Source: Candidatus Levyibacteriota bacterium (lineage in GTDB: Bacteria; Patescibacteriota; Microgenomatia; Levybacterales; UBA12049). From it: a DNA stretch of 64,000 nucleotides. The notes beneath the pieces are model-generated. The model was not told the DNA's origin and did no database searches. It saw only the letters and a program-made list of their open reading frames with translations. Where the stretch lies: contig JACPLG010000007.1 of NCBI GenBank assembly GCA_016186625.1, positions 10,426 to 74,425 on the forward strand, in the 5' to 3' direction. Within the stretch, counting starts at the first letter, position 1. Each line of letters begins with the position of its first letter. This document shows, piece after piece, positions 1-7,658 of this stretch. The position numbers were made by a program, and so were the translations under genes.

Positions 1-111
1 GCGGGTCAAGAGGGAGATTCACTAGCAGATTATGATAGATGCTACCGTCAAGTTGTGTTGTGTGGGGTCAAGAGGCAGCCTGAGGTTATATTGAAAGGTG
101 AAAAAAATAAC

Positions 112-636
112 TTACCTACTCGCGCATGTGCCAACTGGTCGCCCAGTGGGCATACAAAAACCGCTACGACACTGGCTGTGATCAGTACAAGCGCTGCCGT
201 TTGTTAAACCCCCTCCTCCACCGCCCCCGCTGAGACTGGGAATGCTAAGGTTTCTTATGCTTTCAAGGCCAAAGAAGGTGAATAAGAAGTTGATTATAAA
301 GAATGCCAGAAATACGAGTATCAATCCCACCACAGAAGCAACAATTGTACCTCTGGCTTCCTCAACTTTTGTCTTATCTCCTCCTGAGAGAATCCAGCGG
401 ATACCGCCAAATATTAAAAATGCCAGGGCAATTAAGACAGCCAAAATGAATGCCAATGTTACCAGCTTTCCAATAAATCCTCCTGAAAGAGTAAAGTTGC
501 ACAGTGTTCCAAAACCCACCCCGCCTCCTCTTACGCAAGGATTTACATTTGTTTGTGCAAAGACAGGAGAAGTTATGGCGAAAAATGAAAAAATAAAAAA
601 TAAAAAAGAGGAACCTGCGGCAATTAGCTTTCTCAT
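112..636 (-). CDS. TrbC/VirB2-like T4SS-type pilin (signal peptide plus two TM helices; Gly-run and Cys-rich C-terminus)
   Basis: Motif IFGGIRWILSGGDKTKVEEARGTIVASVVGLILVFLAFFIINF is typical of CPR TrbC/VirB2 pilin domains. Likely start is the internal Met (MRKLIAAG...) preceding the hydrophobic signal peptide. Confidence 0.6.
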   Translation of the reverse strand: MRKLIAAGSSFLFFIFSFFAITSPVFAQTNVNPCVRGGGVGFGTLCNFTLSGGFIGKLVTLAFILAVLIALAFLIFGGIRWILSGGDKTKVEEARGTIVASVVGLILVFLAFFIINFLFTFFGLESIRNLSIPSLSGGGGGGGLTNGSACTDHSQCRSGFCMPTGRPVGTCASR

Positions 637-703
637 ACTTAATTCGATCGTAGAAGAATTCCTCAGGTTTGTCAAGGAGAGAGCTAATAGCTAAACTAAA
701 AGG

Positions 704-2194
704 ATGCAACTTGTTAAAATAAATAAATTTAATTTTCTGATATTAATTTCTGCTTTCTTGCTCTTTTTTGCAATAGGAACCCTTTTTCTTGACCCTGATT
801 TTGGGTGGCATATGAAAATGGGGGAGCTGATGCTTGCAAAAGGAATCCCCAAGAATGACCCCTTTTCCTACACTATGCCAAGTTACCCTTTTGTGGATCA
901 TGAGTGGCTCACGGATATTATTCTTTATCTTATCTACCAAAATATCGGATATGCCTCACTTGCAGTACTTTTTGGCCTAATAGCAGTTCTATCAATACTA
1001 ATAATGTTTAGATCAAGACAAGATCAATCCTACTTCCTCGTACCTTTTATACTCGGCGCAGGATCACTTTTGCCATCCTCGGGAGTAAGGCCCCAGGTTA
1101 TCTCCTGGCTATTTTTTTCTATTTTAGTAAGCTTCTTTTTTGATGAGAAAATCTATAAACGACTTCGTATATTTCTTCCAGTCTTTTTTCTTGCGTGGGC
1201 AAATCTTCACGGAGGATTTGCCATAGGAATTTTTACGCTCGCAACATTTATATTCTTTAAATTTCTGAAGGATAAAAAGATAAATTTTATAGATATATGG
1301 GTAGTTATTTTTTGCGCTCTAGCAACTTTAATAAATCCCTACGGTATAAATCTTTGGAAAGAAATTTATATGTCAGCCTCAGATTCATCTCTTAGATGGG
1401 GAATCCAGGAATGGGCTCCGGCATTCTTTTTCTTTAATGTCCCTCTCATAACACTTGTTTGCCTTTCAGCGTTTCTTGTCATAAGATTTAGAAAAAATTT
1501 TGGACTTTTTGAAAAAGCTCTCTATTTGGGTTTACTTTTAGCCGGATTATCAAGCGTTAGGCACATGCCATTTTTTGTCCTAGTTAGCCTGCCTCTACTT
1601 TCAAAAAGCATAGGTTTTTTGGGCAAAGAGGCAGAAAGAGTCAAATATGGAAGGCAAAGGTTTAAAAAAGCCTACACTTTTATGGTGGCTCTTTCAATTT
1701 TTACCGTAATTGTGCCGCTTGTGTCAGGAAAAGATCTCTTATTTTCCAGACAAAGCGCATATCCTGCAGATGCTTTAGGCTATTTAAAACGCAATCCTGG
1801 TAGCGGTAATTTATTTTCAGAATATGGTTGGGGAGGATATCTTATATGGAGGTATCCCGAGAAAAAAGTTTTTATAGACGGAAGAATGCCCAGCTGGCGG
1901 TGGCAGGCTGATATAAAAAATGAAAGCAATTACGCCTTCAAAGAATACAAGGATTTAATGAATGGGAAATCAAAGCTTAGTTATGCCATTAATAAATATA
2001 ATATAGATACATTTTTACTTCCTGTTCAAGTAAAAAAAGAGCTATCATATCCTGAACTTTTATTTGAGCGGCTTGAAAATAAAATATTTAGAAAAGAAAA
2101 ATATGATAATATTTATATCCAGCTAGAAAGGGAGGGCTGGAATGTTGTCTACCAGGATAAAGTTGCAATTGTTTATAGAAAGAGTAGATTATAA
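704..2194 (+). CDS. polytopic membrane protein, possibly GT-C type glycosyltransferase
   Basis: 496 aa with more than 10 predicted TM helices and a large loop. No firm family call is possible from sequence alone. Confidence 0.35.
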   Translation: MQLVKINKFNFLILISAFLLFFAIGTLFLDPDFGWHMKMGELMLAKGIPKNDPFSYTMPSYPFVDHEWLTDIILYLIYQNIGYASLAVLFGLIAVLSILIMFRSRQDQSYFLVPFILGAGSLLPSSGVRPQVISWLFFSILVSFFFDEKIYKRLRIFLPVFFLAWANLHGGFAIGIFTLATFIFFKFLKDKKINFIDIWVVIFCALATLINPYGINLWKEIYMSASDSSLRWGIQEWAPAFFFFNVPLITLVCLSAFLVIRFRKNFGLFEKALYLGLLLAGLSSVRHMPFFVLVSLPLLSKSIGFLGKEAERVKYGRQRFKKAYTFMVALSIFTVIVPLVSGKDLLFSRQSAYPADALGYLKRNPGSGNLFSEYGWGGYLIWRYPEKKVFIDGRMPSWRWQADIKNESNYAFKEYKDLMNGKSKLSYAINKYNIDTFLLPVQVKKELSYPELLFERLENKIFRKEKYDNIYIQLEREGWNVVYQDKVAIVYRKSRL

Positions 2195-2225
2195 TTATAA
2201 AATCCGAATATCGAAATTCGAAATC

Positions 2226-2340
2226 CGAAACAACAATGGTCAGAATACTCGGATGATTACTAAGATAGTTCAGAAGACTCAGAATACTCAGACCACCGGA
2301 GCATCAGAGAGTCCGACTAACAGAAAACCAGAAGACCTGT
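2226..2340. repeat. dispersed repeat family A copy (CAGAA/CTCAG word element)
   Basis: The words cagaatactcgg and cagaagactcagaatactcag are shared with the elements at 15236, 24036 and 27341. Confidence 0.5.
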
Positions 2341-2368
2341 TATTATAAGTTAATGATCAGGGATGTAA

Positions 2369-2713
2369 TTGATCTTGAAGTATATAAAGAATCGCTACGA
2401 CTTCTTAAAAAACTTTATCCTCAAAAAAGTACCCAAATCTGAATATGATTCTGTTATCCAATCTAAGAAATGTGGAAAATCAATTCCTTCGAATATTGCA
2501 GAGGGGTGGGCGAAGAGATCATCTGAAGCTGAGTTTAAAAGATTTTTGAAAATTGCAATTGGCTCAAGCGATGAATTAATCTCACATTTGCGAACAATCG
2601 CCATTGCAGTCCCAAGATTATTAGAAGAGGCAAAAGAGCTCGTTGAAGACTACAAAGTATTATCTAAAAGAATTAATAAACTTCATTCGATCTGGAGATC
2701 TGGCACATTCTGA
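2369..2713 (+). CDS. four-helix bundle protein (23S rRNA intervening-sequence protein family)
   Basis: Motifs SIPSNIAEGWAKRS and IAIGSSDELISHL are characteristic of the family. Confidence 0.75.
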   Translation: MILKYIKNRYDFLKNFILKKVPKSEYDSVIQSKKCGKSIPSNIAEGWAKRSSEAEFKRFLKIAIGSSDELISHLRTIAIAVPRLLEEAKELVEDYKVLSKRINKLHSIWRSGTF

Positions 2714-2760
2714 TTTTCTGACATTCTGGATTTCTGAGTTTTCCGAGTTTTCAGAAATAT
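2700..2760. repeat. dispersed repeat family A half-element (reverse orientation)
   Basis: Its reverse complement matches the second arm of the element at 15325..15400 (cagaaaatcaga...ccagatctccagatc). Confidence 0.5.
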
Positions 2761-2795
2761 TTCAAATTGAAAATTAACAGTCTTTTGTCCAGCGT

Positions 2796-3140
2796 CTATC
2801 TTGGAACTGTGATTCCCAGTAGCTTTACGCCAAGAAAGTCGCCGATTGTATTTATTATAAAAAAAGCAAGAAAAGCAATTATGAGTCCAATTAGAGCGTA
2901 AACTAGTCTATTTCTGGCGGCCTCAATTTTTTGTTTGTCTCCGCCGGAAGTTATCCACTGGATCCCTCCCCAAATAAGAAAAAAGAGAGAAGTTATGCTT
3001 ATGGCAATAAAAAGAACAGTTACGCCCCATCTAAGAACATCAACAGCTGTTCCAAGGCCGCCGCTTGGCATCCCTCTAACAGGGTTAATGGAATAATCCC
3101 CGGGTAAATTAAAAGCAAGACGTTCCATAGTTAAATTCAA
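2796..3140 (-). CDS. TrbC/VirB2-like pilin
   Basis: WGGIQWITSGGDKQKIEAARNRLVYALIGLIIAFLAFFIIN, plus an N-terminal signal region. Confidence 0.65.
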   Translation of the reverse strand: MNLTMERLAFNLPGDYSINPVRGMPSGGLGTAVDVLRWGVTVLFIAISITSLFFLIWGGIQWITSGGDKQKIEAARNRLVYALIGLIIAFLAFFIINTIGDFLGVKLLGITVPR

Positions 3141-3178
3141 AAGTCAAAAGTTAAAAGTCAAAAGTTAAAGTAAAAATG

Positions 3179-3553
3179 TTAAAAGTTTTTTGCCTTAAGC
3201 TTTATAACTCCTGAACCAAGCATATTTGCTATTTCTGTGACTTCTGCCAGTAATTCTTCTATTTTATAGGCTTCTGTAAGCTTAGCATCACTTAGAAGAT
3301 TAAGCCAATATTTAGTTTCATTTGCACTTTTTAAAGCAATTTCATAATATTTTTTGAACTCTAATCTGGAGCTAGATGCGCGAGCTTCTACTAAATTCGC
3401 TCCAATAGAAGTTGCAGAACGGATTAATTGGTCTGCTATTATCCATGCGCTTCTCTTGTTGGGTAAGCTATCTGTTAGCTTGATAACATTTAGACTGAAT
3501 TTATAACAGCGTTCAACAAGATCGATTTTGAATTTTGAATTTAATTTTTGCAT
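3179..3553 (-). CDS. four-helix bundle protein (23S IVS protein family)
   Basis: ATSIGANLVEARASSS and YEIALKSANETKYWL motifs. Start chosen at the internal Met (MQKLNSKF) because the upstream part of the ORF overlaps the A/T palindromic repeat. Confidence 0.7.
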   Translation of the reverse strand: MQKLNSKFKIDLVERCYKFSLNVIKLTDSLPNKRSAWIIADQLIRSATSIGANLVEARASSSRLEFKKYYEIALKSANETKYWLNLLSDAKLTEAYKIEELLAEVTEIANMLGSGVIKLKAKNF

Positions 3554-3578
3554 TTTGCCTTTTGAATTTTGACTTGTA

Positions 3579-4487
3579 TTACCCGCCGAAGCCGGGTAAC
3601 CCCAGTATATCTCTTGTAATAAGTTCAAGTATAACAAGGGAGAATATGATAAAGAGAAGTCCAACAATTGCAGCCGTAAGCTGGTCTCTGGCATTTTTTA
3701 TTTTCTCAGGATCTCCCGCAGAAGTCATAAGACGGTATCCTGAGATAATTATAATAAGAATTACAATTGCTCCTGAAATACTTAAAACAAATCCTAAGAC
3801 CCAGCGTGTAAAATTATTTGCAGAAGTACCCACCCATCCAAAAGCAGTCTTTATTCTCACACACCCTCTCTCAAAACTACTATTCGCATCACTACAAGGC
3901 TTTGACAGAGGCTGATTGGGCTCCGTTACTGACCCCGGCCTAGCTGTTGGAGGCGTCTCTTTTGTCTCGCATTTTCCATTGATATCCAAATAAGGGTCTT
4001 TATCTCTATTAAATAGATGACCATCTCTATCAAGGCAATATCTCGTAGAGCAATCAGCTTCATCCCCCTCTCTACATTGTGCATTTGAGGTGCAGTTGTT
4101 TCGCACATTTTCGCACTGTCCAGGATCTGGCAAATCTGAGGGAGAGCAGCCTCCTATTTGGCGGCAAACTGGCTCTGAGTCAGTACACACCTCTTCATTT
4201 ACAACAGGAATAAGTAGATCCATTCTTGCTTCATGGTCTGTGCTCTCATAAAGACAATAAGGCGGCGGAGGATTACCGATACCTATTTGATCGGGGTCAC
4301 AATCATAGGCTTTCCCGCATTGTGCTGCAATCCCATCAAATATTTGTGGAGTTTTGTAGCCACTTTTTAAAGGGCAGAAGTTCTCACATTTATCACCTGC
4401 TGCGCCTAAAGCTGTTTTAGGGTTTAAATATGCAAAGGAGGCTAGCAGAATAAAAAAAGAGATTAATGCAAGCAGGATTTTTCTCAT
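3579..4487 (-). CDS. secreted Cys-rich protein with C-terminal TrbC/VirB2-like pilin domain
   Basis: Signal peptide, about 20 Cys in the central domain, and a C-terminal IISGYRLMTSAGDPEKIKNARDQLTAAIVGLLFIIFSLVI pilin-like segment. Confidence 0.6.
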   Translation of the reverse strand: MRKILLALISFFILLASFAYLNPKTALGAAGDKCENFCPLKSGYKTPQIFDGIAAQCGKAYDCDPDQIGIGNPPPPYCLYESTDHEARMDLLIPVVNEEVCTDSEPVCRQIGGCSPSDLPDPGQCENVRNNCTSNAQCREGDEADCSTRYCLDRDGHLFNRDKDPYLDINGKCETKETPPTARPGSVTEPNQPLSKPCSDANSSFERGCVRIKTAFGWVGTSANNFTRWVLGFVLSISGAIVILIIIISGYRLMTSAGDPEKIKNARDQLTAAIVGLLFIIFSLVILELITRDILGLPGFGG

Positions 4488-4488
4488 C

Positions 4489-4563
4489 CCGTTAGAAAAC
4501 CTCCTTTCTAATGTTGACTATTGAGGTTTTAGTTTGCTGATTTAAAAACATTTTTCTAACGGG
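4489..4563 (-). promoter_or_regulatory. 5' UTR hairpin enclosing the SD of the pilin-domain gene
   Basis: Inverted repeat cccgttagaaaa / ttttctaacggg. The aggagg sits in the loop next to the 3' arm and the ATG follows the stem immediately. Confidence 0.35.
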
Positions 4564-4754
4564 ACTCACAACTTTATCGTAATTAAAAAACTTGATTAAC
4601 GCAAGTTTTTTAATTAGAAGGTAGGTGATAGAGCATAGAAGGTAGATTACGGAGGGTAGAAGATGGAAAATGGAATACGGATAAGGAATTTGAAATTTTT
4701 AGTTTTCAATTTCCCGCCTGCCATTGCAAGCAAGGCTTTGCGGGCAGGTCGAAT

Positions 4755-4787
4755 TGAAAATTGTTTTACTGCGTGGTGTGGTATAAT
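4755..4787 (+). promoter_or_regulatory. extended -10 promoter (TGgTATAAT) with a likely leaderless start
   Basis: tgtggtataat lies 6 nt before the ATG at 4794. Confidence 0.35.
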
Positions 4788-4911
4788 CATGCCATGAAAA
4801 AAAATTTTCCTTCATTAATAAAACAATACGCCAAAATGTCTGGAGATACCAAAATTAGACTTGGTCTTTCTCTCTCTCGAACAGTCAGAAAAGTAAGACA
4901 AGACGGCATTA

Positions 4912-5517
4912 GTGATGCTCAGAAATACCATGGAAACGGAAACCGATCAGGGATTACTCCTTAAAGAAATCACTTTATTTTTAGGCAAGAATAAAATCCC
5001 CTATATGATCACAGGTGCATGGAGTGTAATTTTTTATGCAAGGCCCCGCGCTTCTCATGACATTGATTTTGTGGTAGAGATGCATGAGAGAGATTTAGAT
5101 AAAATATTAAAGATTTTTGAAAGATTACCCAAAGAATTTCTCGTGCAGCCCGAGCAGATTAAAGACGCCATTTTAAACAAGGGAATGTTTAACATTCTTC
5201 ATTTGCCAACAGCGTTAAAGCTCGATTTCTGGATGCTGGGAAATGGTAAATTCAATAAAAGCCGTTTCTTACGAAAGAAAAGAAAGAGTATTTTAGGGCA
5301 ATTTATGTATATAGCAAGTCCTGAAGACACTATTCTTAAAAAGCTGTTTTGGTACGAGGAATCAAAAATAGAGAAACACTTAATAGATGCTGCATTTGTA
5401 TATCAAATTCAGAATAAAAATCTCGACAAGGCTTATCTATCCAAATGGGCAAAAAAACATAAAATACAAAAGTTACTGGGAGAATTAAAATCGATAGACC
5501 TGGAGTCTTACTACTAA
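4912..5517 (+). CDS. nucleotidyltransferase-like protein, possibly frameshifted from an upstream 4794 start
   Basis: GAWSVIFYARPRASHDIDFVV resembles the NTase fold. The 57-codon ORF starting at 4794 overlaps it in another frame. Confidence 0.4.
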   Translation: MMLRNTMETETDQGLLLKEITLFLGKNKIPYMITGAWSVIFYARPRASHDIDFVVEMHERDLDKILKIFERLPKEFLVQPEQIKDAILNKGMFNILHLPTALKLDFWMLGNGKFNKSRFLRKKRKSILGQFMYIASPEDTILKKLFWYEESKIEKHLIDAAFVYQIQNKNLDKAYLSKWAKKHKIQKLLGELKSIDLESYY

Positions 5518-5638
5518 ATATTTTTTAAATCCCAACTGTAATTATCTAATCCTAAACAATATCCAAATTTGAATTTTAAAATTTTTTGATCATTTTAATT
5601 TGTTTCGGATTTCGTATTTAGGATTTCGAATTTGAAAT

Positions 5639-6997
5639 TTACGGATTAAATTTGAATCCTCTTCCTTTCACGGTCTGAATGTGTTGAGGTTGGTTGGGGT
5701 TTTCTTCTATCTTTTTCCTGACTCTAAAAATTAGTTGGTCTAGGGCTTGTTCACTTACCCCTGCTGTTGAGGAAAGGTCTGCCCAGACAGCATTAATTAT
5801 CTCATCTCTTTCAAGGATTTTTCCTGAGTTCTGTGCCATGAATTTTAAAAGTTTAAACTCAGAAGAAGTGAGCCCTTCGGATATGATAATCTCGCCTTTC
5901 CTGATTTCATTAGCTTGTTCATCGAAAACAATGTCTTGGCTTTTGGTTTCAATTTGATCTTTTGCAAAAGCTTCAAGCAGAGGTACGGTAATTTTTCCAT
6001 CCTTAATTAGACCAACTTTTTCAAGATGGGCAAGCTCAGAACTAGACGCTAGACGCTGATCACTAGACGCTAGTAGGCCTTGCTCATATGGGGAGAGTGA
6101 GCTCCAAATTTCATCCAAAACGGCACGTACTCGGTTTTGATTCATGAGAAAACCGAGTAAATTGTTCGATTGTTTCATTGTCTCATTGCTGTTTAAACAG
6201 GATTCGATGCTAACTAGCCATAATTTACCTAATCCCCCTGTAATCTTAGTTACTTCATCAAGGACTTTTTTATCTACACTTTTCCCTGTTGTTTTTTTAA
6301 GATATGAAAGTCTGAATTCCCTTATTTTCTCATCTCCCAGAGTTAAATAGACCAAATTTCCGACTAAAAATTCATAAAAAGAGGAAATAATTTCTGTCCC
6401 AACAGTATCCTCAAGCGGGCGATTGAGAGGAAAAACGCATGAGAAGCGGTATTTGGCTCTATCTCTAAGGACTCGTAAATGGTCAAAAAAGACAGGTTCC
6501 AAAACTCCCACGTATTCTTCAAATCGATCGAACAGTAAGATTAGGCTCAGTTCTTTTTCAAGACAGAGGTAATCAATTGTTTTCTTAAGGCCCTGGAAAA
6601 TCACCATTTCATCGCCTGATTTTAAGCCTTGGTCAAACAGCTCCTTAACACTCTTATGTTCCTCGTTCATTTTTCGGGCAGACAATGACTCAAGGATTTC
6701 AAGGAAAATATATTTTGTTGAGTCTGCTAAAGGCCTTTTTTTAATTTCTGCAAAATTCATCATCACAAAGTGAAACCATTTCTGGTTTTCTCCCAGATGA
6801 AGCTTGCGAACTGAATGATTGTATGCCAGGATCCGAAGAACATTTGATCTTCCCACTCCCCGAAGTGAAATCACCTGGCAGGAATTACCGCTTTTAAAAA
6901 AAGAGAGAATCTTCTCAATCTCCTCAAAACGCGAATCAGCGGGATAGAGACTCTCGAAGTGAGTCGTTTCCATTGTTCCATTATTCAATTGTTTCAT
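5639..6997 (-). CDS. P-loop NTPase (STAND/ORC-like) fused to a C-terminal OmpR/PhoB-type winged-helix DNA-binding domain
   Basis: Degenerate Walker A LRGVGRSN, Walker B-like LILLFDRFEE. C-terminus ALDQLIFRVRKKIE...HIQTVKGRGFKF matches the OmpR wHTH. Contains an in-frame tagacgctag repeat at 6025..6075. Confidence 0.6.
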   Translation of the reverse strand: MKQLNNGTMETTHFESLYPADSRFEEIEKILSFFKSGNSCQVISLRGVGRSNVLRILAYNHSVRKLHLGENQKWFHFVMMNFAEIKKRPLADSTKYIFLEILESLSARKMNEEHKSVKELFDQGLKSGDEMVIFQGLKKTIDYLCLEKELSLILLFDRFEEYVGVLEPVFFDHLRVLRDRAKYRFSCVFPLNRPLEDTVGTEIISSFYEFLVGNLVYLTLGDEKIREFRLSYLKKTTGKSVDKKVLDEVTKITGGLGKLWLVSIESCLNSNETMKQSNNLLGFLMNQNRVRAVLDEIWSSLSPYEQGLLASSDQRLASSSELAHLEKVGLIKDGKITVPLLEAFAKDQIETKSQDIVFDEQANEIRKGEIIISEGLTSSEFKLLKFMAQNSGKILERDEIINAVWADLSSTAGVSEQALDQLIFRVRKKIEENPNQPQHIQTVKGRGFKFNP

Positions 6998-7001
6998 TGT
7001 T

Positions 7002-7541
7002 CTAAAAGCTAAGACGCTTAATTCGCTTTCTAAAAAGGTTTTCGGTGTATCCGCCTTCCTCTATAAAGCTTTTTTCCAAAGACTGAATTTGCCTATCCAA
7101 AAGATAATTAGCTTGATTTATTAGGCAAATTAAGCAGTTAGCCGCAGTTTCGGGAGACTTCAGATAGGACCTATAGGTCTCATATGACTTATCAGTCTTA
7201 TAGGTCAGATTTCTAATTTCCCAAGCACGCGGATCATCCTTGTCCCAAATTTTAAGTCCTCGTTGTCTTAAGAAATCCTCATAATCTAGTAGAAGTTCTT
7301 CAAGAGAGGCTCTGGCAACGCCCACAAGCTTTATTTCTGATTTCTTTGAAGTACCTGATGCCTGAGATCCCTCTGCTATATTTTGTCTCCCTGATCTTGC
7401 AGCCTGAACCATTTGGTCATAAGTTCTTGAGGTTTTCTTTATATATAAATTACAGAATTCAGCAGTCAGATCATAAATCAAAGTAGCTGTTTGATAAGAC
7501 TTGAGATTTCGGTATCCTCCATGAGCTTTCTGCTTTTGCAT
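7002..7541 (-). CDS. four-helix bundle protein (23S IVS protein family, long form)
   Basis: N-terminal GGYRNLKSYQ with RSGRQNIAEGS and ARASLEEL motifs. Confidence 0.7.
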   Translation of the reverse strand: MQKQKAHGGYRNLKSYQTATLIYDLTAEFCNLYIKKTSRTYDQMVQAARSGRQNIAEGSQASGTSKKSEIKLVGVARASLEELLLDYEDFLRQRGLKIWDKDDPRAWEIRNLTYKTDKSYETYRSYLKSPETAANCLICLINQANYLLDRQIQSLEKSFIEEGGYTENLFRKRIKRLSF

Positions 7542-7658
7542 GGATCAATTATAGTTCATTAATCTTTAATCTTAAATCATTAATCTGAGGAAATCTGTAA
7601 AGTTTTTATAAGGCAAATATCAAGGCAAAATGTTTACTTAGAGATAGAATGCTCGCAT

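Noticed and set aside
242-709. ORFs 242..694 (+) and 374..709 (-) overlapping the first pilin gene
   Set aside because: They are antisense or out-of-frame to a gene with a clear conserved pilin motif. They are low-complexity translations with no motifs.
2142-2348. 68-aa ORF
   Set aside because: Lies entirely within repeat family A/C DNA (cagaatactc words). The translation is repeat-derived low complexity.
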